From Candidatus Obscuribacterales bacterium (GTDB taxonomy: Bacteria; Cyanobacteriota; Vampirovibrionia; Obscuribacterales; Obscuribacteraceae): 64,000 nt of DNA. The notes beneath the pieces were generated by a model, which worked only from the letters and a program-made list of their open reading frames with translations, made no database searches and was not told the DNA's origin. Position 1 is the first letter of the stretch. Every line of letters begins with the position of its first letter. Positions 19,075-27,792 of the stretch are shown one piece after another. Position numbers and translations under genes: made by a program. The stretch lies in NCBI GenBank assembly GCA_965228855.1, contig CBDDIJ010000003.1, positions 1,920,001 to 1,984,000 of the forward strand, read 5' to 3'.

Positions 19075-19250
19075 GGAAGTTTCTCGGTTAGATGCGCCAT
19101 GCTCGACGCGTTTTAACTATCTTAGCCTCAACACTTGAGAACCCTCGAATTCCTTAATACCGAATTTGGTATTACAGGGTCAGTCCCTTACTCGACCTCT
19201 GTTGAAAGCATCTACGATATCCAGAAGCCGCTTCGGTGGCGAAATCGTGA

Positions 19251-19631
19251 TTAATCGCTGCGACACATCAGTTTTGAAACGGTCACGAGGATTCCAGGTT
19301 GCGTCACCAAGTATTGTCTGGAATTTATTTTGAACCTGAATTTGGACCCCCTAGTAACCATGTTGTGTCGAGTGATGCGAACGTGGCCAGTTGCTTCAAC
19401 TATCCGCGTTTTCTTATCGAAGGCAATTGTGTCCGCTTCGATTTTCGCACCCTGACCCGCGACCTGACCTTGAGCGTTTCCGAATGCGACCAAAATCTTT
19501 CCGTGCTCCTTGCGTTCTGTGCGATCAGCAGTGATCTCGAATAGTCGTTCTGACGCACTTTTGGCACATGCATGTTCGAAACAGAAACAGGTGAGGAGGA
19601 GCAATATGAGCAGATTCACGGAGTACTTCAC
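19251..19631 (-). CDS. Secreted OstA/LptA-like beta-jellyroll protein
   Basis: Signal peptide; ITAD...A.GNA...I.AD.I.FD......A.G.V.I pattern. Confidence 0.6.
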   Translation of the reverse strand: MKYSVNLLILLLLTCFCFEHACAKSASERLFEITADRTERKEHGKILVAFGNAQGQVAGQGAKIEADTIAFDKKTRIVEATGHVRITRHNMVTRGSKFRFKINSRQYLVTQPGILVTVSKLMCRSD

Positions 19632-19716
19632 GAACCACCTCGCAACACGAAGAATGTACGCATTTTACCTCGAATGCGTGACGGTCAGGACGATAGTGGA
19701 CGTCGGAAGTCGACAC

Positions 19717-20330
19717 TCACCTTCGATTGGGTTCGGACGGAGATGTTCCGCAATCGTCTGACACTGATCTAGGTGGTCGCCGTAAACATCGCAGCGCTTT
19801 CCTAAGTCTCGATTCTACGGAATGATAGCCCATCCGTCTTTCTATCTCCTCAGCGGTGAGCCTTCGACCGAACCTGTGGTGGAGAATGTCTCGATCAAAA
19901 GGTCGGACGAGTTCAGTAATCCTGTCAATCTCCGCTTGGTCTCCGTTCTGACAATAGGTTGCCAAATCCGACGGATCGATAGTTTCCACGCCCAACTCAT
20001 CCAGTCCCTTGAGTATGGCATCATCAAGGTCTTCGCTCACCTTTGCATAGAAAGATCTCTGCTTCTTACCGGCAGAAAAGGTATATTTTTGAACAGCCTC
20101 CACGAGTAAACTTTGAGCGGCATCAAACAGTTCCATAGTTACCCCAAGCGACCTGTATCTGAGTGCCGCTGAAACTGCAAGAGGAAGATGGCTAAGCACA
20201 AGTAGAGTTCTTGCGGCGTTCGCTTTAGCAGCGCCCGATTCCTCGAGATTTGCGCAAAATCCATTTCTTCAGCAATGGACTCAGAGGAATAGTTTCACGG
20301 TTCTTCTGTATCCCGAACATAGAACCAGAT
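19717..20330 (-). pseudogene. Degenerate sigma-70 family factor
   Basis: Region 2-like ARTLLVLSHLPLAVSAALRY...LVEAVQKY and region 4-like RDILHHRFG...TAEEI...RKALRCLR. Region 1.2-like fragments (FYVRD, SIAEEMDFAQ) lie upstream, separated by frameshifts and stops. Confidence 0.55.
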
Positions 20331-20514
20331 AGGGTGAGGCGGCCGCACCTACTTATGAGGTTTAGTGCCAAGTTCGCATCTAAAATCCTCTATCAAAAAG
20401 GCTTGAACTTGCAGCTTTCCGACACTAAATCTAGTGCCAAAAGCGGCTGCGGCGCTACAACAAATAACAATCGACCAGGCAAGGAGCGACGGGCATTTTG
20501 GCAGAGAGATAAGT

Positions 20515-21042
20515 TTATTCATCGGTTCTAATCTCCGCTGCGGCAAATTCGGCAAAGTCATCGCTTACTTGTTTGCGGCGCCGCTCATACTCTTGGAAGC
20601 GTTTCAAAAGAGAACTCTCTTTGCCCTCTGGAAGTTTGTTTTGCCGCTTCAGTATGCTAATTGCCTCTTTGCGCGTTTTTCCATCGTTGCACAGCACCCT
20701 GATTTGTTGAGCCATCTCTTCTGTGAAAAATATTTTGCACGGTCTGCCTGAGCTTGAATAAGTCCGATATCTCCCGCGAAGCGGCACTTTAATATCTGAA
20801 AAGTCAGAAAAGAGCAAGTTGGCTAAGTAAAGCGCGAGTTGAAGAAAATTATGATGCTCTGCTGGATGAATGTCGGCGAAATCTAGCAGACTAGCCATCC
20901 TTTGTGCTGCGCTTATTGAGTCCTCGGTAGTTTCACACCCGAAGTAACGCGTTAAAAATCTGATTTCAGAACGGCGGAAAGCATGATAGGTATTGGGGAT
21001 CCCAATCATTACGTCTCTATCATCGGGTGAATTAATTCGCAT
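20515..21042 (-). CDS. Hypothetical protein, possible C-terminal HTH
   Basis: 175-aa ORF divergent from the ArsR fusion; no family recognised. Confidence 0.55.
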   Translation of the reverse strand: MRINSPDDRDVMIGIPNTYHAFRRSEIRFLTRYFGCETTEDSISAAQRMASLLDFADIHPAEHHNFLQLALYLANLLFSDFSDIKVPLRGRYRTYSSSGRPCKIFFTEEMAQQIRVLCNDGKTRKEAISILKRQNKLPEGKESSLLKRFQEYERRRKQVSDDFAEFAAAEIRTDE

Positions 21043-21180
21043 TGGTCAGTCTCTGAAGGGTTTCTGATTGAAGTCTCTCGCAAATCTCGCGAACAAACAA
21101 CAGCTTGAATAAATTCGCGATTGACAGACTTTGCTTAGCTCATTACCGAGTTTTCTTAATATTGTTGCTTTTGCTGAATG

Positions 21181-21200
21181 ACTTTGATAATATTGAAAGT
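21181..21200 (+). promoter_or_regulatory. Putative ArsR operator overlapping an extended -10
   Basis: Imperfect palindrome ACTTTGATAATATTGAAAGT abutting ATG 21201, containing TG-n-TAATAT; no RBS. Confidence 0.45.
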
Positions 21201-21935
21201 ATGAAACTAAAAGCCGCAAACGACCGAATATCGGCATTAGGAAATACCACACGATTGGTGATTCTGAAACTCTTGAGAGTTCACTCAACTGGCCTTTCCG
21301 CAAGCGCAATAGCAGAGAAGCTGGAGATACCGGCTCCAACCCTGTCATTTCATATGAGTCAGTTGGAGAAAACGCGGTTAGTGAGCGCTAAACGACACGG
21401 ACGTTCGTTGCTTTACACCATAAACGCTGGTGGGTTGACAGAGTTGGCACAATTTCTGACAGAAATAATACCAGGAGATACCATGCAGAAGACGCTAAAG
21501 CCAGTAGTGGCTGTTTCAAGCAGATACTTGCCGTTGCCTTGTGCAACGTGCGGTGAGGACTTAATACCAGATGCGGGTCGCGCGATCATTGCTTTCGCCG
21601 AGACTTTTCGTCGCGAGGACAGACCGAAGGAGACTCACGGTGTTTACGTCTCTCATAAGGGCAAGTGTGATCAGATCATGCGAGCCCAGTGGGACAACCG
21701 GGAAACACTGACTGGGTGGTCGGAGTTGGAATCTTTTACGAGCCCACCGGGATTTTTGCGACTGTTACTTACGGAGCTAAATCAAAGGCAAAGGGGCGAT
21801 TTGTACACTGAAGAGGCTCATAAGCAGTTCAGAGACATCGCCATGTCTCTTTCTCAGCTGGCACTTCGAGAAATGAGCGAGACCGAGAGAGAACGCTTTC
21901 TTGAGGACCGAGAACTTGATTTTATGAGGTCTTAA
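21201..21935 (+). CDS. ArsR/SmtB HTH fused to a Cys/His-containing C-terminal domain
   Basis: ALG..TRL.I.KLL...GLSAS.IAE.L.IP.PTLSFH..QL....LV...R.GR...Y; C-terminal CATCG...H..C. Confidence 0.75.
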   Translation: MKLKAANDRISALGNTTRLVILKLLRVHSTGLSASAIAEKLEIPAPTLSFHMSQLEKTRLVSAKRHGRSLLYTINAGGLTELAQFLTEIIPGDTMQKTLKPVVAVSSRYLPLPCATCGEDLIPDAGRAIIAFAETFRREDRPKETHGVYVSHKGKCDQIMRAQWDNRETLTGWSELESFTSPPGFLRLLLTELNQRQRGDLYTEEAHKQFRDIAMSLSQLALREMSETERERFLEDRELDFMRS

Positions 21936-22322
21936 GCGAAGCGCGACGACGCAGCGCCGCTGAATCTTGGCACCTATAAGAACCTTCGGTATTAAAGCGC
22001 ATGTGCAGGCGACTCCAATTTATATCGACTACTGGGAGTCCGCTCAGAGTGCACAATCAGTTTCCGGACTTGCAACGAAATTGAACCTGGGGCACATTCG
22101 CTATACCTGGTATTACCTTTGGTATCATCACCTTTTCCCCTTGTTCGGAAGAAACAATTTGACCGGATCGCCTTTATCTGGAAACTTTAGGTCAAATTTC
22201 CACGCCTCACAAGCACAAGGAGAGAAGCTAGCTGCGCGGAGTCGAGCAAGGACAGCGCAGTCTATCATTTGAGGTAAAGTGTTGGGTGTTTCAAGCGCAG
22301 AAGTGTGCCAAGGAATATTAGC

Positions 22323-23486
22323 TTACTCATCTACGTGCACTTCAAATCGAGTTGGCATCATAATCACCCAGAACCTTCCTCGCTTTTCCATCACTCCAAC
22401 CACCGTCACAATTTGTCCATCTCGATGAGCATCACACGCGAGGTGATAGTCATCTGCTTGAAGAAAGACACGGATGTTGATGATTCGGTCTTCTCGCGCG
22501 AAGTAGCCCGATAACGTCACGACCCTGTCCTGATGCGAATCTTCGGGATCCTTCTGAACCTCTCGGTCTTCAGATTCTTGGAGCCTTAGCTGAGTTATCG
22601 AGCCGGTAATTCTAACCAATTCTGGTCTCAGCGCTGGTCGGAGTGCAGTAGCCGCCATTGACAAATATCTCACAGTAGAGTGAGAGACTTTAATCGCACC
22701 GACGGAAGCGACGGAATCAGATGGGGCAAGGTCGGACGCCCATGAAGTACGAAATTCAAATCCTTCAGCATCGGCGACTGAGACCATTTCTACGATGGCA
22801 TCGCACATATTTGCATTCAGACCAGTCGCGTAATTCGCAATAATTGGTCCAGGGTCCTGTTGCGCCCTAGCGAGGTCAGCTTGTGCAAGACCTCGTGTAA
22901 TTCTCTCAACGACTCGCCGAGAGAACGGAATCGCTTTTTCTAACGGTAAAACCGGCAACGTGAGTTGACCGACATCGACGGGCGACTCTACGGTAAATCC
23001 CATGCTCCCCGAAAATGTTTGACCAAATCGACAATAACCCGCATGTGTTATTCCGATCGCAGACAACTTAACAAAGTGCGGTCGAGGAACAGCTTCCACA
23101 GTTGCTGCGCAAGACACTAATTCGGTCAACTGTTCGATAATTGTCGATGCAACATTGAGCGGCACGCTATCTTTTTTCTGCATAACTCGAACTCGAAATA
23201 TATCCAAGTCCTGTGCCACCATATCAGCCACTACATCTTCTGGCTTTCGGTGGGTCGTAACAGACAGTAGCTCAACAATTCCGCTCAGTCGTTCGATCCA
23301 ATCGAGAACATCATCGCTAGTGGGAAAGACTATAGTAAGTGGATTTCCTCGGTCGTCGTTTGGTCCACTAAACGTCAGTAGATTCTTGTTTTTTGATTTG
23401 ACGCGCTCCCACCCATTCCGTTCCAAGTAAGTCACAGCCTGGGATACAGAAATCTTTGTCAGCAATGTTTGATTTAAACCGACCAT
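22323..23486 (-). CDS. Hypothetical protein, partner of the DUF4365-like nuclease (possible C-terminal OB-fold)
   Basis: 387-aa ORF coupled by a TAATG overlap; YLERNGW N-terminus; V.ITG.I..L...Y..AC.AH..G..V.V.G C-terminus. Confidence 0.75.
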   Translation of the reverse strand: MVGLNQTLLTKISVSQAVTYLERNGWERVKSKNKNLLTFSGPNDDRGNPLTIVFPTSDDVLDWIERLSGIVELLSVTTHRKPEDVVADMVAQDLDIFRVRVMQKKDSVPLNVASTIIEQLTELVSCAATVEAVPRPHFVKLSAIGITHAGYCRFGQTFSGSMGFTVESPVDVGQLTLPVLPLEKAIPFSRRVVERITRGLAQADLARAQQDPGPIIANYATGLNANMCDAIVEMVSVADAEGFEFRTSWASDLAPSDSVASVGAIKVSHSTVRYLSMAATALRPALRPELVRITGSITQLRLQESEDREVQKDPEDSHQDRVVTLSGYFAREDRIINIRVFLQADDYHLACDAHRDGQIVTVVGVMEKRGRFWVIMMPTRFEVHVDE

Positions 23487-24004
23487 TAGACTACTACCCC
23501 ATCCTTTACCAACTCGATTAGGTTTAGAAGCCCTTCAGGCGTAAGCTGATTAGCCTTAGGAAGGTGAACGACCTGCGTTCCTTCGTTCGGAGATTTCTCT
23601 CCGGTGATAGACTGCCAATAGCAACTATATCGTAGAAGAACCTCTTGTGCTGAATGTGTTATCCACTCGGGTTTAAGTTCTGGCAAGTGCAGAACAATCA
23701 ACACACACGGAGTACCTCGACCTTGACGGTCAATCAAATAATTATAGGTCTGCACGTCAAGGTCGTATGCGATAACATCCTGGTTTCGAAGTTCTCGACA
23801 ATTGATTGACGCCTTCAACTGAAAATGAACGCAATGACCACTCTCTCGAAGCTTGCCTTCAATCATTGAGACTTCATGGAAAGAACCGTCCACACCGTAG
23901 TCAAAATTGTGTGCGAAATTGAAATTTATCCCCGCAGCTGATGCGACAGCCGCTACATGCGCGATACTGAGACCTTCCTCCATGTGCTGATAAGTTATTG
24001 CCAT
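23486..24004 (-). CDS. DUF4365-like PD-(D/E)XK nuclease
   Basis: E..S.A.V.AVA..AG, DYGVDG, FQLKAS, YNYL, P.VLIV..LP, YW.S..G; GGAGG RBS before ATG 24004. Confidence 0.75.
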   Translation of the reverse strand: MAITYQHMEEGLSIAHVAAVASAAGINFNFAHNFDYGVDGSFHEVSMIEGKLRESGHCVHFQLKASINCRELRNQDVIAYDLDVQTYNYLIDRQGRGTPCVLIVLHLPELKPEWITHSAQEVLLRYSCYWQSITGEKSPNEGTQVVHLPKANQLTPEGLLNLIELVKDGVVV

Positions 24005-24184
24005 GCGCCTCCAGAAGGAACGGAAGAAATGGTTATTCGCTTGAAAATTTTCCCAAGTTGTCAGATTACGAATCAGAAGCGTCACTCAAGCAAAGCTGAG
24101 CAATATGAGCAAGTAGCACTTACATTGCACTTCCAGATAAAAAAATGGATATCTGGGCGACTCCCAAAACCCTTGCTGAAAAAC

Positions 24185-24226
24185 AACCCTCCGAGAGATT
24201 CGAACTCCCGACACCCTCCTTAAGAC
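24185..24226 (-). repeat. att-site direct repeat (3' half of tRNA-Arg)
   Basis: AACCCTCCGAGAGATTCGAACTCCCGACACCCTCCTTAAGAC matches 29539-29580 at 40/42 nt; the adjacent CTGAAAAAC is also shared. Confidence 0.9.
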
Positions 24227-24376
24227 TGACGAAGTTTACCATTTCTCCACTGTTTCCCAAACACTCTCTGTGTTTATAATGGCGCAGCCAATGAGCGTCT
24301 TCGGAACTTTCGGTCTAATCGAAAGTCACTTCTAATACCTCAACTTTCATGTCCTAGGTAGGGCTGGAGACCAGAA

Positions 24377-25623
24377 ATGAATCCAGTAATATCATTTAGC
24401 TTCCGGCTCAGCGCCTTAGATGATCTATCTTGCCCAGCTGGACAAAGACATCTGCGCGTCATGGACAAAGGTCCAAGGTCTCGGTCTGCTAGTTCGACCG
24501 TCCGGCGCAAAAACCTATATCTATTATCGACGCTTGCCGGACAACAATGAGTCGCCGAGAAAGATCTGCGAATTGACGATCGGAAGATATGTCGATGTCA
24601 CCATAGAGCAAGCGAGAAAACGAGCGACCGAGATGAATCACGCTGCGGGTCTCGGAAAAGATCCAAGCAAAACGATGCCGCAGTCACCAACCTACGGATA
24701 TCTGTTTGCGAGATACATTGAGGACTATGCCAGCCTTCACAACTCAACGTGGCGAGAAGCAGAGAAAAACTTCAAGAGATATTTTTCTACATTCGCAAGT
24801 ATTTCTACATCATCGATCTCATGCGGATCGGGGGGGGCGGCTTCATCCGGAATACACAAAGGAAATAACCCTTGTGTCGTCGTAAGCACGTCCAAAACTC
24901 TTGCACGCGAGAGATTTCTGCAACCCGGCGACGAATATAAAAGATTTGCAGAAGCTCTCGTCGACGAGCCAAACGAGTCGCTACGCGATTTCTTATGGAT
25001 GTGTTTGTTTACTGGAGCTCGCTGCTCGAATGTTCTGAGTATGCTATGAGAAAATATCAATTTTGATCTTCAACATTGGCGCATTCCACTTACCAAAAGT
25101 GGAAATTCTCAGACAATTCCGCTGACATTAAATGCAATGCGAATTCTGAGAACACGCAAAACGTCTGCCGATGCGCATGATGTCTGGGTATTTCCTTTTG
25201 ACCGAAAAGGCTGGAAAACAAAGGAACTCGGGCACCTAACCTCGCCCTGGAAAGCATTTTTAAAGAATAATCCAACGGGCTGGAATTTCGTATTTTAGAA
25301 TCCACGATCTTCGGCGCACCGCTGGCAGTTACATGGCTATTCAAAACGTCAGTCCAACGATCATCAGAAAAGCGCTTGGGCACAGGTCTCCACAATCAAC
25401 GGCAATCTATGCTCTCTTAACTCAAGATCCAGTTCGAGAAGCACTCGAAAACGCACAAGCAGCTTCAGAAAATTCTGGGAAGCTGTTGGATTTAAAACCG
25501 CGAGGCGGAAGAATTTGGAGACCTAAAGGCTCAGAGCAGAGCGTTTTAGAAACTGCTCTACATAAACTTTGGCATAAAGATCCGATGCAACGCGTTTACC
25601 AAGACCGTGATATTATCCAGTAA
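24377..25623 (+). pseudogene. Tyrosine integrase with Arm-DNA-binding N-terminus, inactivated
   Basis: GGAG+ATG 24377; frameshift near 24465; GLGLLVRPSGAKTY...TIGRY arm domain; TGAR; in-frame TGA at 25047 (ML*ENI, likely TGG>TGA); frameshift in the T-run near 25260; HDLRR, LGH, TAIYA. Confidence 0.9.
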
Positions 25624-25717
25624 ATGCGCCAACTTCTTTTGACTTTAGACGGAAAGGGAACTGTAGAATTAAATGCAGGCGTTTTAGGCGCGGAATTTTT
25701 TCCAGCTTGTAATAGAA

Positions 25718-26044
25718 ATGGTTTCCGACGCGTTGAAAACGATAAATGTGGAAACCGGTCCAGGTTTCCTCTCCGTTGAAGACGAAAATGGATACGTGCA
25801 GGTCGCTGGAGATGGTCGGGAATTCGTCGTTGAATGGAGCGAATTTCACGGAGACGAAACGACGCTATATGCTGCGGGCAAACTGAATGGTGACACCGCT
25901 GATTCCGAATTTCGCGCTCTTCATGGAACTATCAGCATAAAAGAACGCGAACGCCTGAACCTTAGCAGCGCAGCCTTCATCTGCTCAGAATTTGTTGAGC
26001 AAAGAGTTCGACCGGACAGTTATACTTGGCGTGAAATTATTTGA
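25718..26044 (+). CDS. Hypothetical acidic protein, possibly immunity-like
   Basis: 108-aa acidic beta-rich ORF ending in P...YTWREI. Confidence 0.55.
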   Translation: MVSDALKTINVETGPGFLSVEDENGYVQVAGDGREFVVEWSEFHGDETTLYAAGKLNGDTADSEFRALHGTISIKERERLNLSSAAFICSEFVEQRVRPDSYTWREII

Positions 26045-26178
26045 GTCCACGTACTACTCGCCGACAGGTCCTCACCCACTTCACATGACCAGCCCCGAAT
26101 GCGATTACCAGGTATTACCTGTGGTGCAGCGTTTCAACGCTAATGCGAGAGCAGGTAAAAACTCTCACTCAGCGAGGG

Positions 26179-26205
26179 TTGCCAGAAGCTTTCGCCGGGT
26201 ATAAT
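26179..26205 (+). promoter_or_regulatory. Putative promoter of the toxin operon (leaderless)
   Basis: TTGCCA-15 nt-TATAAT; 7 nt separate the -10 from ATG 26213; no RBS. Confidence 0.5.
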
Positions 26206-26212
26206 GCTCGTG

Positions 26213-26437
26213 ATGATTCCAATTCCCGACGACTGCTACTTGCACTCATGCGAATCGCTAGGATTTGTTTATGGAAGCAAACGCTGGAAGGATGGCAATG
26301 GACACTTACTCACCTGGGATAGTCAGCACGGTGAGATTGAAGTGTTCAATGCGAGAGGCAGACATCTAGGAGCCGCAAACGCTGTGACAGGAGTCATTTA
26401 CAAACCACCAACCAAAACGCATAGGATAAAGGTTTAG
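26213..26437 (+). CDS. Stand-alone colicin E3/pyocin S6-like cytotoxic RNase domain
   Basis: KRWKD..G.LLTWDSQHGEIEVFN.RG.HLG.....TG matches the ColE3 WDSQHGELE catalytic motif, with D, H and E intact. Confidence 0.85.
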   Translation: MIPIPDDCYLHSCESLGFVYGSKRWKDGNGHLLTWDSQHGEIEVFNARGRHLGAANAVTGVIYKPPTKTHRIKV

Positions 26438-26458
26438 CTCTACTTCGGGGTTAACAAC

Positions 26459-26791
26459 ATGGCTAAATCAGTCAAGGAAAACTTTTTTGAATTGTACTCC
26501 CAGGGCAGAGCTCTGGCAGACGAAGCCGACGACTACATCGATGAATGGCACGAATCTGGTGAAGAAGTCACTTGTGAGCTGCACGAATTCCTTGGTCTAA
26601 AATGGAACGAATATCAAGCATTCGTTTCTGACCCGACAGTCTTACCACTAATTCTAAAGTCGCGAAACGAACACAGACCACTAAACAACGTCATTGAGCT
26701 TGCAATGAAGGAAGACGACCGAATTGCGGCTCGGGCACAAGATATAACGATACTTCGGAACTGGCTGTTAGAGCAAAGAAGCCAGTCTTGA
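26459..26791 (+). CDS. Acidic 110-aa protein, candidate antitoxin
   Basis: D/E-rich N-terminal half (ADEADDYIDEWHESGEE..ELHEFLG...EY); lies between toxin and protease; TTGA overlap with the next gene. Confidence 0.75.
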   Translation: MAKSVKENFFELYSQGRALADEADDYIDEWHESGEEVTCELHEFLGLKWNEYQAFVSDPTVLPLILKSRNEHRPLNNVIELAMKEDDRIAARAQDITILRNWLLEQRSQS

Positions 26792-27792
26792 GTGATATCA
26801 CTTCAGTCGAGTTAAACCTGGCGAGACATATTTCTCGACGTTTTAAACTCACGCCTCCTCTCACTCATACACTGCTAAACGTCGTTGAATATTTTGCAGA
26901 CGTGGAGATAGGCGATCTTCCGGTTAAGGTGGACGGCGCCTGCCTTAAGCGCCAAGGCGAACGACCTACAATTCTTATCAACAAAAGACAAATTGAAACG
27001 CGCAAGTTGTTCACATTGGCTCACGAGTTCGGTCACGTGTTAATCCCAACCCACTATGGAACCATTGTAGATGAATTCGTTGATGGTTTCGATTATTCGC
27101 CAACAGAAGCGCAAGCAAACCGATTTGCATCTGAGTTATTGTTGCCCCTTGCTTGGGCGAAGCAGTTTGTAGAAACAACGGACGAACCCGGGAAGTTGCT
27201 AACGACCATATCTAAGCGAGCGAAGGTTTCATTATCCTGCGCGGCGTACAGGCTACCAGACATCCTTGGCACAGGATATGTGTTTGCCGAAATCTCAAAC
27301 GACAATAGGATTAAGGGCGCAATATCCACTACCTATAAAATTGCTGCGCCACAGCGAGGCGCGATAGTCAGGGAGCCGGAATCTCGCTACAAGACCGCGA
27401 CAAAGCAATGGTCCTTCAAACGTGAAGATAGCACTTATTGGTGGTGGCAATTTGATACCGCAAGCCCCTTGGTCAAGAAGATAGAAACAGCATCAGACAT
27501 ACTACGAGATATCTTCAATGACTGCGGAGTTCCAGAAGAAGCCAAGCAATCGCTTCGTGGCTCAATTGGCGGAGTAACCGGCGGCAGCGTAAAACGTGAC
27601 GAATCCGCCGAACAAGGAGCCTCTCGTATCAAGGAGGCATTTGTCCGAAAGGCAAAAGTTATTCCGAACTACGAAGACAAAAACAGGGTTCATTACCAAA
27701 ATATCCTCAGACATCCTCGATTTGAGGAGTATTCAAAATTAGTAGCATCAGAGCTAATTGCCAAAGCTTATTGGATTGCGAAGAGTGACTGA
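26788..27792 (+). CDS. ImmA/IrrE family zinc metallopeptidase (M78)
   Basis: RKLFTLAHEFGH (HExxH), EAQANRFASELLLP, VS...AAYRL; no N-terminal Xre HTH; long C-terminal extension. Confidence 0.9.
   Translation: MSDITSVELNLARHISRRFKLTPPLTHTLLNVVEYFADVEIGDLPVKVDGACLKRQGERPTILINKRQIETRKLFTLAHEFGHVLIPTHYGTIVDEFVDGFDYSPTEAQANRFASELLLPLAWAKQFVETTDEPGKLLTTISKRAKVSLSCAAYRLPDILGTGYVFAEISNDNRIKGAISTTYKIAAPQRGAIVREPESRYKTATKQWSFKREDSTYWWWQFDTASPLVKKIETASDILRDIFNDCGVPEEAKQSLRGSIGGVTGGSVKRDESAEQGASRIKEAFVRKAKVIPNYEDKNRVHYQNILRHPRFEEYSKLVASELIAKAYWIAKSD

Noticed and set aside
19140..19147. AACCCTCG as a third att remnant
   Set aside because: An 8-nt match to the tRNA end is expected by chance.
21967..22272. 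101-aa ORF
   Set aside because: TTG start with no RBS and atypical composition; more likely a non-coding spacer carrying the 20-bp motif.
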